This document shows positions 39,332 through 50,900 of a DNA stretch of 64,000 bases, one piece after another. Below the pieces are notes generated by a model. It had not been told where the DNA came from, did no database searches, and was given only the letters and a program-made list of their open reading frames with translations. Source of the stretch: Candidatus Aenigmatarchaeota archaeon (lineage in GTDB: Archaea > Aenigmatarchaeota > Aenigmatarchaeia > CG10238-14 > SpSt-28); contig JAVVFY010000003.1 in assembly GCA_032249395.1 (NCBI GenBank), positions 28,329-92,328 of the forward strand. The letters run 5' to 3'. Position numbers and translations under genes: made by a program. The number at the start of each line of letters is the position of its first letter. Position 1 is the first letter of the stretch.

Positions 39332-40821
39332 TGGAAAATGTTTTCACAATTCTAATGAAGTCCTATCTTAGAGAAAAAGGACTAGTAAATTTTCAAATAG
39401 AGTCCTTTAATGAGTTCGTCGAAAAAAGGCTACCAAAATTAATAAAGAGTATTGGAAAAATAAAGCCAGAACTTCCTGAAATTGGGGAGTTAGAAATAAA
39501 GCTTGGTAAATTTGAGCTTGGGGAGCCAAGAGTTAAAGAAGCTGATGGCTCTATAAGAAAGATATATCCAATGGAAGCGAGAATAAGGAATTTGACATAT
39601 TCAGCACCAATGTACGTTGAAATGACCCAAGTATTAAATGGAATAGAAAGTAAACCAACAATGGTTGAAATAGGCGATCTACCAATAATGGTGAAATCTA
39701 AATTTTGCCCTTTATCGAGAATGAGTAGAAAAGAGCTTATAGAAATAGGAGAAGATCCTGATGATCCAGGAGGATATTTTATCATAAATGGTACGGAAAG
39801 AATTCTAATGCTTGTAGAAGAAATAGCAACTGACAGAATTATAGTAGAAAAAACTAAAGATTCTTCTGTTCCACAAATAGCAAGAATACATTCTGAAAGG
39901 GAAGGATTTGTACAAAAACACTTAATAGAAAGAAAAAGAACTGGAGAAATTTATATAACATTTGCTAACATTCGTAGGATTCCTATAGTAATAATACTAA
40001 AGGCTTTAGGATTAGAAAAGGACAAAGAAATCTTAGAAGCCATATCTTTAGATGAAAGAATTCAAGAGTCATTTTTAATTAACATTTTAGAATTTCCGAT
40101 AAAAAATGGAGAAGAGGCTATAGATGAATTGGGTAAATACCTTAGGATTCCTCAAAAATCTATGAGAAAAAAACAAGCAATAAGAATGATAGATAAGTAT
40201 TTGCTACCTCATATTGGACAGGAGCCGGAAAATAGACTAGCCAAAGCTATGTTTATAGCCAAAGCTATAGAAAAAATTTTAAAACTTCACTTGGGCGAAA
40301 TAGAAGAAGATGATGTAGATCACTATGCAAATAAGAGAATTAAAATGGCTGGAGACTTGTTGGAATTGCTCTTAAGGTCTATACTTTTGGGAAAATGGGG
40401 ATTAATAGTTAGAATGAACTACAATTATCAAAAACTTGTAAAAAGAGGAAAATTGCCTCCCTTGCAAGCTGTAGTAGAAAACGCAATATTAACTAACCAA
40501 ATAGTTTCAGCTATGGCCGTTGGAAGTTGGATAGGTGGAAGAACTGGGGTAACTCAGAGGCTTGAAAGAAGTAGTTGGAACAAAACTATAACTCATATGA
40601 GAAATATTGTCTCACCACTTTCTTCTACCCAAGAACATTTCGAAGCAAGAGAACTTCACCCTACTCATTTTGGTAAACTATGCGTAACTCAAACGCCAGA
40701 AGGAGCAAATATTGGTTTGAGAAAGTATCTTGCTATTAGTGCGACGATAACTCCTAAGATAGACAAAAAAGATATAACTCCAATACTAGAGTTACTAGAT
40801 TCTGTAAAGGTGAAAAAATGA
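39331..40821 (+). CDS. rpoB2: RNA polymerase subunit B'' (N-terminal part of split Rpo2)
   Basis: The motifs QIESFNEFV, GYFIINGTERIL and HFGKLCVTQTPEGANIGL are present. An ATGA overlap links it to the next ORF. Confidence 0.9.
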   Translation: MENVFTILMKSYLREKGLVNFQIESFNEFVEKRLPKLIKSIGKIKPELPEIGELEIKLGKFELGEPRVKEADGSIRKIYPMEARIRNLTYSAPMYVEMTQVLNGIESKPTMVEIGDLPIMVKSKFCPLSRMSRKELIEIGEDPDDPGGYFIINGTERILMLVEEIATDRIIVEKTKDSSVPQIARIHSEREGFVQKHLIERKRTGEIYITFANIRRIPIVIILKALGLEKDKEILEAISLDERIQESFLINILEFPIKNGEEAIDELGKYLRIPQKSMRKKQAIRMIDKYLLPHIGQEPENRLAKAMFIAKAIEKILKLHLGEIEEDDVDHYANKRIKMAGDLLELLLRSILLGKWGLIVRMNYNYQKLVKRGKLPPLQAVVENAILTNQIVSAMAVGSWIGGRTGVTQRLERSSWNKTITHMRNIVSPLSSTQEHFEARELHPTHFGKLCVTQTPEGANIGLRKYLAISATITPKIDKKDITPILELLDSVKVKK

Positions 40822-43800
40822 CAAGGGCTAGCGTTTTTCTAGATGGTGAATATTTGGGTGAAATTGAAAACCCTAAAGAATTCGTAGAAAGCGTTAGAAA
40901 AATGAGAAGGGAGGGAAAAATACCACCATTTGTTAATATTGCATACCATGCTCACTTAAATGAAGTAAGAATTTTAACTTCGCCAGGAAGAGTAGTTAGA
41001 CCTCTGATAGTTGTAGAAAATGGAGTTCCAAAATTAACAAAAGATATATTAGAAAAAGTGAGAAGGGGTGAATTGAGTTTTTCTGATCTAGTGAAAAATG
41101 GAATTATTGAGTATTTGGATGCGGAAGAGGAGGAAAATGCTTATATTGCAATAAGACCTGAAGAAGTAACCAAAGAACACACACATTTAGAAATAGATCC
41201 TGCAGTAATTCTTGGTTTTTCCGCCCAATTTGTTCCTTATCCAGAATTTAATAGGGGAGATAGAGTTAATTATGGAGCTAAAATGGGGGATCAATCTATA
41301 GGTATATTTGCGGCAAACTTTCTTAATAGAGTTGACAGCAAATCAAGCGTATTAGTTTACCCGCAAAAGCCGCTAGTACAGACATACATACATAAAATTC
41401 TAGACTATACAGAAAACTATCCCCATGGTGTTAATGTTGTAATAGCAGTAGCCACTTATGAAGGATACAATATTGAAGATGCTATCGTTTTAAATAAGTC
41501 TTCGGTAGAAAGAGGTATGTTTTGGAGCTATATGTATAGAACTTATGAGACGGAAGAAAAAAGATATCTTGGTGGTCAAGAAGATATAATTGGAATACCA
41601 CAACCAGGAATAAGAGGTTATGGTGGTGAGGAGGAATACAAACACCTTCCAGAAGATGGGATAGTAAATCCAGAAACCGAAGTACATTCAGATCAAGTTC
41701 TTATAGGAAAAACTTCTCCTCTAAGATTCTTAGGCAAAGCCGATATATTTTTAGCAGGAATGGAAAACTTAAGAGAAACGTCTGTAAGAGTAAGGCATGG
41801 TGATAAAGGAATAGTTGATAGAGTTTATTTAACTCAAACAACCGATGGTACAAAATTAGTTAAAGTTGTTGTTAGAGACTTGAAAAAACCAGAAATAGGC
41901 GATAAATTTGCTTCTAGACATGGACAAAAAGGAGTAATAGGGTTAGTGGTTCCTCATGAAGACATGCCATTTACAGAAAGTGGTATTGTTCCTGATATTA
42001 TTTTCAATCCTCATGGACTGCCATCTAGAATGACAGTTGGTCAACTTCTAGAAATTTTAGCAGGAAAAGTAGCGGCAATATCTGGAAGATACATAGATGC
42101 CCCAGCTTTTAATCCTACCAATGAAGAAGAGTTGAAAAACGTTCTGAAGAAATTAGGATTTGAAGAAAGTGGGAAAGAGATAATGTATGATGGCAAAACG
42201 GGAAGAAAATTCGAAGCTAAGATTTTCATAGGCTGTTCTTTCTATATGAAGTTGGATCACCTAGTTTCAAATAAACTACAATCAAGAGCAAGAGGTCCTG
42301 TAACTTTATTAACGAAACAACCAACAGAAGGTAGAAGCAAAGAAGGTGGTTTAAGATTGGGTGAAATGGAAAAGGATTGTTTATTGGCTCATGGTGCTGT
42401 GCTAACTTTAAAAGAAAGATTCGATTCAGATAGAATTATTCTACCTGTTTGTAAGAAATGTGGAATGGTAGCTGTTCACGAAAAACCAAAAAACAGATAT
42501 TTCTGTCCTGTATGCAAAGATGATGCAGAAATAACAAATGTTGAGATGACTCACGCTTTCAAATTACTATTGGATGAACTAAAGAGCTTGCTAATATATC
42601 CTAAGTTGGTTATTAACGATGAAGGAAAGATAAGCAAAATAGAATTCAGTATTCTAGATCCTGATACTATAAGAAAGATGGCGTTCGCTGATATAACTAA
42701 AATTGATATCTACGATGAAGAAGGATACCCTATAGAAGGAGGTGTTATGGATCCTAGATTAGGAACAGTAGAACCTGGAATAAGATGTAGGGTTTGTGGA
42801 GGAAATGTTGGAGAGTGTCTAGGTCATTTTGGTAAAGTAGAACTTGTAAAACCTGTTATTCATCCTCACTATGTCAAGTTTTTGCATTTTGTATTAAAAA
42901 TAACATGTAGAAAATGCGGAAAACTTTTGATAGATGAGGAGACAAAAAAGAAAGGTAAGATATCGTGGAAAGAAATAGAGAAACTTGCGTTGAAAAAATG
43001 CCCATATTGTAATACTCAACAAAAAGAAATTAAATTAATTAAGCCATACATATTTATAGAAGGTAACAAAGTATTAAATCAGGAGGAGATTAGAGAGAGG
43101 CTAGAGAAAATACCAAATGAGGACCTGAAGATACTTAATCTTAAAATAAGACCTGAATGGTTGATTCTAACAGTACTTCCAATACCTCCAGTAACTATAA
43201 GACCATCCATAACATTAGAAACTGGAGAAAGAAGCGAAGATGACTTAACCCATAAGCTGGTAGAGATAGTAAGAATTAACGACAGGCTTAGAGAAAATTT
43301 GGAGTTGGGAGCACCACAATTCTTATTGAACGATTTATGGGAGCTTCTACAATATCATGTAGCAACTTATTTTGATAATGAATTGTCTGGAGTTCCGCCA
43401 GCGAGACATAGATCTGGTAGGGTTTTAAAAACTCTAAGCCAAAGATTGAAAACGAAAGAAGGAAGATTTAGAGGAAACCTACTTGGAAAGAGAGTTAACT
43501 TCTGTGCAAGAACAGTTATTTCCCCCGACCCTAAAATTAAAATAAATGAAGTTGGTGTTCCACAAATAATAGCTAAAGATATAACAATTCCTATAAGAGT
43601 AGATGAGAGAAATATAGAAGAGTGTAGAAAACTTGTTTTGAACGGTCCTAATTGTTGGCCTGGTGCAAACTACGTTATTAGACCTGATGGAAAGAGAAAA
43701 AGAATCTTAGAAACAAACAAAGAGGAAATAGCAAAAGAACTTGATGTTGGTTATATAGTTGAAAGACATTTAATGGACGGAGATATTGTTATTTTTAACA

Positions 43801-45107
43801 GACAGCCAAGCCTGCATAGAATGAGCATGATGGCTCATAGAGTAAGAGTAATGCCATACCTAACTTTTAGATTAAATGTAGCTGTCTGTCCGCCATACAA
43901 TGCCGACTTTGATGGAGATGAGATGAACTTACATGTTCCACAAACAGAAGAAGCCAGAAGTGAAATAGATATCCTTGCTTCGGTGGAAAAAAACATAAGA
44001 AGCCCGAGATACTCTGCTCCCATAATAGGACCAATAAGGGATGGGATAACTGGTCTATACTTGTTAACTAAAGACGGTAACAAGCTTAGCAGAAGAGATG
44101 CAATTAGATTGATAAGAAGCGTAGATACTGATGTAGAAATTCCGGAAAAGGATGAATTCACCGGTAAGGAAGTCTTTAGTATTCTACTACCTAAAGATTT
44201 CTCTATCGAATACAAAGGAAAAACAGGAATTGTAAAAATAGAAAATGGTAAACTTATAAAAGGTGAATTAGAAAAAAACGGAATAAGCGCGGACGGAGGA
44301 AAAATAATAGACAAAATAGAAAAATATTATGGAAGAGTGTTCGCTAGCGAATTCATTTATAAAATTCAGCTTTTAGGGATTAACTATCTGGACATGAAAG
44401 GATTTTCTCTTGGGATTACGGATTTGAGTATAGAAAAAAGAGTAAAAGAGGAGATACAGAAGATTATAGAACAAACAGAAAGCGATATTAATAAAATGAT
44501 TGAAAAATTCAACAAAGGAGAGCTAATTCCTATGATAGGGAGAACTACCGAGGAAACTTTAGAAAATATGATAAAAGAAAGAATAGCTATGTGTTTGAAT
44601 GAAAGCATGAGTGTATTAGAAAGAGGAATTAAAGAATCTCCAGCTTTAGATATGGTAAAATGCGGTGCTAGAGGAAGTTTAGTAAATCTCTTACAAATAG
44701 TTGGGTTAATTGGTCAGGAAATGATAATGGGCGAAAGAATAGAAAAAGGATATTATAAGAGGACTTTTCCTCATTTTAAGATGAATGATATAAGTCCGGC
44801 ATCCAAAGGTTTTGTTGCGCATGCTTTTAAAGATGGTTTAAACGTATTTGAATTCTACTTCGATAATATGAACTCCAGAGAAAGTCTTATGGATAAAAGT
44901 TTAAAAACAAGGCACTCTGGTTATATGGAGAGAAGATTAGTCGGCGCTCTTCAAGATTTAAAAATCGCATACGACGGAACAATAAGAGACGCCGCAAATA
45001 GAATAATTCAATTCGTTCCATTCGAGGATGGTCTAGACCCATCGAAAATTACTAGAGAAGGAATAAATGTTAGAGAAATAGCAAGGAGGATCTTCAATGC
45101 TTCCTAA
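40818..45107 (+). CDS. rpoB1/rpoA1: In-frame fusion of RNA polymerase subunit B' (Rpo2 C-terminal part, about residues 1-601) and subunit A' (Rpo1 N-terminal part, about residues 602-1429)
   Basis: B' motifs are [34 protein letters not shown] and the Zn ribbon CKKCG...CPVCK, followed by [23 protein letters not shown]. The frame continues without a stop into A' motifs: [37 protein letters not shown], the catalytic [12 protein letters not shown] and [13 protein letters not shown]. Confidence 0.85.
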   Translation: MTRASVFLDGEYLGEIENPKEFVESVRKMRREGKIPPFVNIAYHAHLNEVRILTSPGRVVRPLIVVENGVPKLTKDILEKVRRGELSFSDLVKNGIIEYLDAEEEENAYIAIRPEEVTKEHTHLEIDPAVILGFSAQFVPYPEFNRGDRVNYGAKMGDQSIGIFAANFLNRVDSKSSVLVYPQKPLVQTYIHKILDYTENYPHGVNVVIAVATYEGYNIEDAIVLNKSSVERGMFWSYMYRTYETEEKRYLGGQEDIIGIPQPGIRGYGGEEEYKHLPEDGIVNPETEVHSDQVLIGKTSPLRFLGKADIFLAGMENLRETSVRVRHGDKGIVDRVYLTQTTDGTKLVKVVVRDLKKPEIGDKFASRHGQKGVIGLVVPHEDMPFTESGIVPDIIFNPHGLPSRMTVGQLLEILAGKVAAISGRYIDAPAFNPTNEEELKNVLKKLGFEESGKEIMYDGKTGRKFEAKIFIGCSFYMKLDHLVSNKLQSRARGPVTLLTKQPTEGRSKEGGLRLGEMEKDCLLAHGAVLTLKERFDSDRIILPVCKKCGMVAVHEKPKNRYFCPVCKDDAEITNVEMTHAFKLLLDELKSLLIYPKLVINDEGKISKIEFSILDPDTIRKMAFADITKIDIYDEEGYPIEGGVMDPRLGTVEPGIRCRVCGGNVGECLGHFGKVELVKPVIHPHYVKFLHFVLKITCRKCGKLLIDEETKKKGKISWKEIEKLALKKCPYCNTQQKEIKLIKPYIFIEGNKVLNQEEIRERLEKIPNEDLKILNLKIRPEWLILTVLPIPPVTIRPSITLETGERSEDDLTHKLVEIVRINDRLRENLELGAPQFLLNDLWELLQYHVATYFDNELSGVPPARHRSGRVLKTLSQRLKTKEGRFRGNLLGKRVNFCARTVISPDPKIKINEVGVPQIIAKDITIPIRVDERNIEECRKLVLNGPNCWPGANYVIRPDGKRKRILETNKEEIAKELDVGYIVERHLMDGDIVIFNRQPSLHRMSMMAHRVRVMPYLTFRLNVAVCPPYNADFDGDEMNLHVPQTEEARSEIDILASVEKNIRSPRYSAPIIGPIRDGITGLYLLTKDGNKLSRRDAIRLIRSVDTDVEIPEKDEFTGKEVFSILLPKDFSIEYKGKTGIVKIENGKLIKGELEKNGISADGGKIIDKIEKYYGRVFASEFIYKIQLLGINYLDMKGFSLGITDLSIEKRVKEEIQKIIEQTESDINKMIEKFNKGELIPMIGRTTEETLENMIKERIAMCLNESMSVLERGIKESPALDMVKCGARGSLVNLLQIVGLIGQEMIMGERIEKGYYKRTFPHFKMNDISPASKGFVAHAFKDGLNVFEFYFDNMNSRESLMDKSLKTRHSGYMERRLVGALQDLKIAYDGTIRDAANRIIQFVPFEDGLDPSKITREGINVREIARRIFNAS

Positions 45108-46233
45108 AAAGATTTTAGAAGAGGTGGAAAAGGTCTCTAAAGAACTAAAACTTAATGAAGAAGATAAAAATAAATTGATAAAAGAAGTGGAAAAAGAATA
45201 CCTTAATATGATGGCCGAACCTGGTGAAGCTGTAGGTATTTTGGCTGCTCAAAGTATTTCTGAACCAGCTACTCAACTTACCATGAGAACTTATCACCTT
45301 GCTGGAGCTGCAGGAGTTAAGATTACATTTGGTTTACCAAGACTGATAGAGATATTCGATGCAAAAAGAAACATAGAAACCCCGATGATGACGATATATT
45401 TGAAAAAAGAATTTAACACTAAGGAAGAGGCGGAAAAAGTGGCATTTAAAATAGTTGAGAAGAGAGTTATAGACCTATCTAGTTATATATCAATGGATAT
45501 AGGAGAAACTTCCATTATTGTAGAACCTTCTGACAAAAGAAAAGCGGAAAAGATAGAAACGGCAATAAAAGAATATTTAGGTAAGAAAGCAGAAGTAAGC
45601 ACTAAAGAAGGCAAAATAATTGTTCGAGTCAAAGAGAAGGAAGTAAGTCTTTCAGATTTACAAAAAATAAAAGAAGATATCTGCAATATCGTTGTAGAGG
45701 GTATTCCTGGAGTAACAGCAGTAATAGTTAAAAAAGAAGGAGACGAATGGATTTTGCAAACTGTTGGATCAAATCTAAAAGAAGTATTGAAACTCCCCGA
45801 AGTAAATGAACATAAAACGATATCTAACGACATTTTTGAGGTTTATGAAATTTTTGGAATTGAAGCAGCTAGAAATGTCATAATAAAAGAAGCTTACAAG
45901 ACTATGCAAGAACAAGGATTAGATACAGATATAAGATATTTGCTGCTTTTGGCAGATGTGATGATATGGAGTGGAGAAATAAGCTCTATAGGAAGATATG
46001 GTGTGGCTGGTGCTAAGTTTTCGGTACTTTCAAGAGCTGCGTTTGAAGAAACAATAAAACATCTAATTAGAGCATCGATAAGAAATGAAGTTGATGAATT
46101 TAAAGGTTTGTTCGAAAATGTTATGATAGGTCAACCGGCACCAGTAGGTACTGGTATGTTTGAGCTATTAGTTAGAGGGGGAGAAGAAAATGAAAGTGGA
46201 GGAGATGGTGAAAAAAGCATTAAAGGAGAATAG
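45097..46233 (+). CDS. rpoA2: RNA polymerase subunit A'' (Rpo1 C-terminal part)
   Basis: The motif [31 protein letters not shown] is present. It overlaps the preceding ORF by 11 nt. Confidence 0.9.
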   Translation: MLPKKILEEVEKVSKELKLNEEDKNKLIKEVEKEYLNMMAEPGEAVGILAAQSISEPATQLTMRTYHLAGAAGVKITFGLPRLIEIFDAKRNIETPMMTIYLKKEFNTKEEAEKVAFKIVEKRVIDLSSYISMDIGETSIIVEPSDKRKAEKIETAIKEYLGKKAEVSTKEGKIIVRVKEKEVSLSDLQKIKEDICNIVVEGIPGVTAVIVKKEGDEWILQTVGSNLKEVLKLPEVNEHKTISNDIFEVYEIFGIEAARNVIIKEAYKTMQEQGLDTDIRYLLLLADVMIWSGEISSIGRYGVAGAKFSVLSRAAFEETIKHLIRASIRNEVDEFKGLFENVMIGQPAPVGTGMFELLVRGGEENESGGDGEKSIKGE

Positions 46234-46444
46234 AATAATCTTCGGTTATAGAGAATCATTAAAATACATAAGGAATAACACTCCAGAAGTCGTCATAATT
46301 GCTAAAAATGCGCCAGAGAAAATAAGAAAAGTTATACTAAATAGTAATGTTAAGTTTATCATTTTTGAAGGGAGCAGCAAAGAGTTGGGCACTATTTGTG
46401 GCAGGCCACATCCTATAACGACAATAGTAATAAGGGGAAATTGA
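46190..46444 (+). CDS. rpl30e: Ribosomal protein L30e
   Basis: The sequence [38 protein letters not shown]...[23 protein letters not shown] fits L30e. The true start may be the internal ATG at 46205. Confidence 0.8.
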   Translation: MKVEEMVKKALKENRIIFGYRESLKYIRNNTPEVVIIAKNAPEKIRKVILNSNVKFIIFEGSSKELGTICGRPHPITTIVIRGN

Positions 46445-46445
46445 A

Positions 46446-46859
46446 ATGAAGATAACTTTTGATACAGAAACAATTAAAACCATTAATCTATTTGAAACTA
46501 TTAACAAAGCTAGTGTTAAAGATTGCATAATTATGGATGATAGAATATACTTCTTAATAGATGAGGGAGAATCAAAAAAAATAAAAGAAAATGGCAATTT
46601 AGTAAGAAACCTGGAAAAGATGCTAAAAAAGAAAATAATAATTTTTGAATATTCCAAAGACTTATCGACATTTCTAAAAAACTCAATAAAGGGTGTTCGT
46701 GAAATAAAAATAAGAAATGAAAAAGAAGAGAAAATAGTGGAAATAAGTGTTGATAACTATCTAAAAAGTATAGTAATAGGTAAGGATGGTAAAAACATAA
46801 AAGCTTTAAGACAAATTTTGAAAAGAAACTATAACATAGATAATTTGGTGATAAGGTAA
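46446..46859 (+). CDS. nusA: Archaeal NusA-like KH-domain protein
   Basis: The KH motif [16 protein letters not shown] is present, and the gene sits between L30e and S12 as expected. Confidence 0.8.
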   Translation: MKITFDTETIKTINLFETINKASVKDCIIMDDRIYFLIDEGESKKIKENGNLVRNLEKMLKKKIIIFEYSKDLSTFLKNSIKGVREIKIRNEKEEKIVEISVDNYLKSIVIGKDGKNIKALRQILKRNYNIDNLVIR

Positions 46860-47281
46860 TGCCTGGAGAATTTGCTGGTAGAAAATTAAAGCAAAGAAGA
46901 AAAAAGTTCAGATGGTCTAGCGAAGCATATAAAAGAAGAGTTTTGCAGCTATGGAAAAAAGATCCGCTAGAGGGAGCTCCCATGGCTAGAGGAATAGTTA
47001 TAGAAAAGAGAGCTGTAGAGCAAAGAAAACCGGCTTCCGGTTTAACGAAATGTGTTAGGGTCCAATTGATTAAAAACAACATACAAGTTACTGCCCATGT
47101 TCCAGGAGTTGGAGCAATTGATAAGATTAGTGAACACGATGAAGTATTAATAGAAAAAGTTGGTGGAGGCCAAGGAGGATCAAAAGGTAGTATGGTAGGT
47201 ATAAAATATAGAGTTATTGCTGTTAATGGAGTCGCTCTAAGTGAAATCCTCAAAGGTAAAAAACAGAAACCTGCTAGGTAG
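46859..47281 (+). CDS. rps12: Ribosomal protein uS12
   Basis: It begins [20 protein letters not shown] and contains [14 protein letters not shown] and VLIEKVGG. Confidence 0.9.
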   Translation: MPGEFAGRKLKQRRKKFRWSSEAYKRRVLQLWKKDPLEGAPMARGIVIEKRAVEQRKPASGLTKCVRVQLIKNNIQVTAHVPGVGAIDKISEHDEVLIEKVGGGQGGSKGSMVGIKYRVIAVNGVALSEILKGKKQKPAR

Positions 47282-47286
47282 ATTTT

Positions 47287-47889
47287 ATGAGTGAGGAGAT
47301 AAAACTGTTTGGCAAATGGTCTTTCGACGTTAAAATTTTAGATAAAGGACTTGAAAGATATATTAATTTAACTCCAAAAATAGTTCCAAAATCGTGTGGT
47401 AGATATGCTAAACAACAATTTCATAAATCAAAAATGAATATTGTTGAAAGACTTATTACCCATTTAATGGTTCCAGGCCATAAAGGTAAAAAACATGTTT
47501 TAACTTCTGGAAGAGTTGTTGGAAGATGGCAAACAACCTATAAAATTGTGGAAAAAGCGTTTGATAAAATATACGAAATTACAAAGAAAAATCCTTTAGA
47601 GATTTTTGTTAGAGCTATAGAAAACGCTGCTATTAGAGAAGAAATTGCTGCTTATCAAGTTGGTGGAATAATAGTTAGAAAAGCTGTAGTTACCTCTCCT
47701 CAAAGAAGAGTTGATTTAGCTCTAAGGCATATAGCGCAAGCGGCATATAGGAAGGCTTTTGGAAAAAAAGCAAATATGGTTGATGCGTTAGTTGAAGAAA
47801 TTATTGGCGCTTATGAAAATAATCCAACAAAAAGTGAAGCTATAAGAGAAAAAGAGAGAATAGAAAAAGAAGCAGAGGGAGCAAGATAG
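47287..47889 (+). CDS. rps7: Ribosomal protein uS7
   Basis: The motifs KLFGKW, NIVERLITHLM and AIENAAIREE are present and the gene order is conserved. Confidence 0.9.
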   Translation: MSEEIKLFGKWSFDVKILDKGLERYINLTPKIVPKSCGRYAKQQFHKSKMNIVERLITHLMVPGHKGKKHVLTSGRVVGRWQTTYKIVEKAFDKIYEITKKNPLEIFVRAIENAAIREEIAAYQVGGIIVRKAVVTSPQRRVDLALRHIAQAAYRKAFGKKANMVDALVEEIIGAYENNPTKSEAIREKERIEKEAEGAR

Positions 47890-47922
47890 ATTTGATTATT
47901 TTTAAGAAAGGGGTGGATATTT

Positions 47923-50900
47923 ATGACTATGAAAAAAGAGATGATTGAAAGAATCAAAGAATGTATGAAGCATCCGGAGAGAATAAGAAACGTTGCTACT
48001 AGTTCTCACGTTCACCATGGAAAATGTGTAAGTGGCGATACATTGATATTCCTAGAAGATAAAACCCTAACTGCAAAAGAACTTTTTGAGATAGCAAAAA
48101 AAGACGGCGTACTTTTAAAGAAGGATTTAGAGGAAATTTATAAACTTGCAGAACCTATAAGTGTACTAACCTATAAGGACGGAGTAATTTCAAGAGGATT
48201 AATAACTCATGCATGGAAGATTAAGAATTTTGATAAATTGATAGAAGTTGAAACAAACGATGGGAGGAGAATTAAAGTTACGCCAGAACATAAATTTTTG
48301 ATTTTTAAGAACGGAAAAATATATGAAAAAGAGGCGAGAGATTTAAACAGGGGAGAGATTTTAGTTTTACCAAATGTTATTCCTTCAAAATCTATAGACC
48401 TAAAAGAGATTAAAACTTACTTTCTAAAGAAATTATCCGAAGATTATTCTTTTCTGGCTTACGTTAGCGATAATTTAAAGAAAAAACTCCACAAGATTGT
48501 CATAGAGTATGGAAGAATGAAAATTCACAAAGAAATAAAAAGCAAAATAAAGCCTCTTTCCTTTTATCATGGTGTGTGGGGAGGCAGATACAGAATTTCC
48601 GACTTAATAAAGTTGGCAGAGAAATTCCAAGTTGATTTATCAGAAGTTTACGATAACATCGAATTCATTTCCTATAGAAAAGGAATAAAAAGATACGGTT
48701 CGAGAACCTCTATCAAATTAAAACTTCCTAAAAATGAAAAAGAATTTATTGAGTTCTTCTATTTACTTGGTCTTTTGTTTGGAGACGGAAGTGTAAATTT
48801 AACGTTTGATAACAATAATCCAAAACTTTTAGAAAAGGTTGTTAAAATCTGTAGAGAAATTCTTGGAACATCTCCAGTACTTAAAAAGTATAAAAATAAG
48901 TGTCCACGAGTTTATTTGAATGGCGGATTTACATTAAAGTTTTTCCTCAATAAAGTGTTTGATTATCCGTTGAAGTCAAAAGCCAAAAATCTCAGAATTC
49001 CTTGTATTTTATTCAATTTGCCACTTCATTTCATTTCAAGTTTCATAAGAGGATACTTTGATACAGATGGTTCTGTGCATCAAACCGTCTACCTTTCTTC
49101 GGCAAGTAGAGAAGTATTAGAAGGCATAAAACTTTTGCTATTAAGGTTTGGATGTCACTCTTATATAAGAGAGAAAATTGCAAGTATTAAAGATAGAAAA
49201 TATAGAGAATTTGTATTACACATTTCTGGAAGGATTGACCTCGAAAGATTTATTCATTTTATAGGTTTTGGAGTAGATTACAAACAAAAAAAGCTTGAAA
49301 GGCTCCACTTGAATGCTTCTTTTAGCAAAGTTTTTGATACAATTAAAATAGAGCTACCATTCATAAAGATGGTTGAAAATCAAATAGCTCTTTTACCTGT
49401 GGTTAATGTTAGAGAAGTTTATGGTGAGGATTTTGTTTATGATTTTACAGTTGAAGAAACACATAACTTCCTTGCAAATGGCTTCTTCATTCATAATACA
49501 ACTCTAACTGACAACCTAATGGCTGGGGCCGGAATGCTAGCAGAAGAGATGGCTGGTAAAGTGATGTATACCTGGTTTGATCCGGAGGAAAGAAAGAGAC
49601 AATTGACTGTTTATGGAGCAAACGTTAGCATGGTACACGAATATGAAGGTCAAGACTATTTGATAAATTTGCTAGATACTCCTGGTCACGTAGATTTTGG
49701 TGGCGACGTTACAAAAGCTATGAGAGCTGCAGATGGAACAATAGTTTTAGTAGATGCAGTAGAAGGAGTAATGCCACAAACCGAAACTGTATTTAGACAG
49801 GCTTTAAGAGAGTATGTTAAACCAGTATTATTTATTAATAAAACTGACAGACTGATAAAGGAATTAAAGTTAACTCCAGAACAAATGATGGAAAGATTTG
49901 AAAGAATAATAAAGGATGTTAATGGATTGATTGACAAATATTGTCCACCAGAATTCAAAGGAAAATGGTATGTTAGTGTAAAAGATGGTAGCGTAGCTAT
50001 TGGTAGTGCTTTCAAAAGATGGGCAATTTCTATTCCTTATTTACAAAAAAGCGGAGTAACTTTGAAAGAAGTTATTCAACTAACATTAGAAGGAAAAGAA
50101 GAAGAATTAGCTAAAAAGGCTCCTTTACATCAAGTTGTTTTGGATATGATTATTAGACATCTTCCTTCTCCTGTAGAAGCACAAAAATATAGAATTCCAA
50201 AAATTTGGAAAGGAGATATCGAAAGCGAAATTGGAAAACAGATGTTAAATTGTGATTCGAATGGAAGATTAGCCGCAATAGTAACTAAAATGATCCCAGA
50301 CGAGCATGTAGGTTTTGTTGCTACAGCAAGAATATTTTCTGGTAAAATATTCAAAGGAAAAGAAATATATCTGGTAAACTCCAAAAAGAAAGAAAAAGTT
50401 CAACAGGTAGCAGTTTTCAAAGGAATAAACAGAGTTCCTGTGGATGAAGTTACCGCTGGGAACGTAGTAGCTATTGTAGGAATACCCGAAGCTTTTACTG
50501 GAGAAACGATTTGTGATGTAGATTATACGATAGAACCATTCGCAGAAATAAAACACATTTTCGAACCAGTTGTTACAAAATCCATAGAGCCTAAAAATCC
50601 TATGGATTTACCAAAACTTGTTGATGCATTGAGAAAAATTGGAAAAGAAGATCCCACGCTAATCGTTAAGATTAATCAGGAAACTGGAGAATATCTTGTT
50701 TCTGGCTTAGGTGAATTACACCTAGAAATTAAAGTAGAACACAAGTTGAAAGATATGGGAATCGATGTTGAGTTGTCTCCACCAATAGTAGTTTATAGAG
50801 AAACAATTCTTAAACCTTCCCCAATGGTAGAAGGAAAATCCCCAAATAAACACAACAAACTCTATTTCATTGTTGAACCATTAGAAGATGGTGTTTATGA

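Noticed and set aside
42600-42640. The possibility that the RpoB'-A' junction hides an overlooked stop/start or programmed frameshift
   Set aside because: Reading codon by codon (cct aag ttg gtt att aac gat gaa gga aag ata agc) shows a clean in-frame continuation. The out-of-frame ATG at about 42619-42621 (inside aac gAT Gaa) opens only a 4-codon ORF. Assembly error remains possible and is noted under the finding.
46531-47253. The 240-aa minus-strand ORF, and other long antisense ORFs in the rpo/EF genes (for example 39393-39785, 43835-44314, 45483-45833, 49686-50015 and 52033-52335)
   Set aside because: They lie antisense to highly conserved nusA, S12, RNAP and EF genes, and their translations are low-complexity and rich in Ser, Leu, Phe and Pro. 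These are shadow ORFs.
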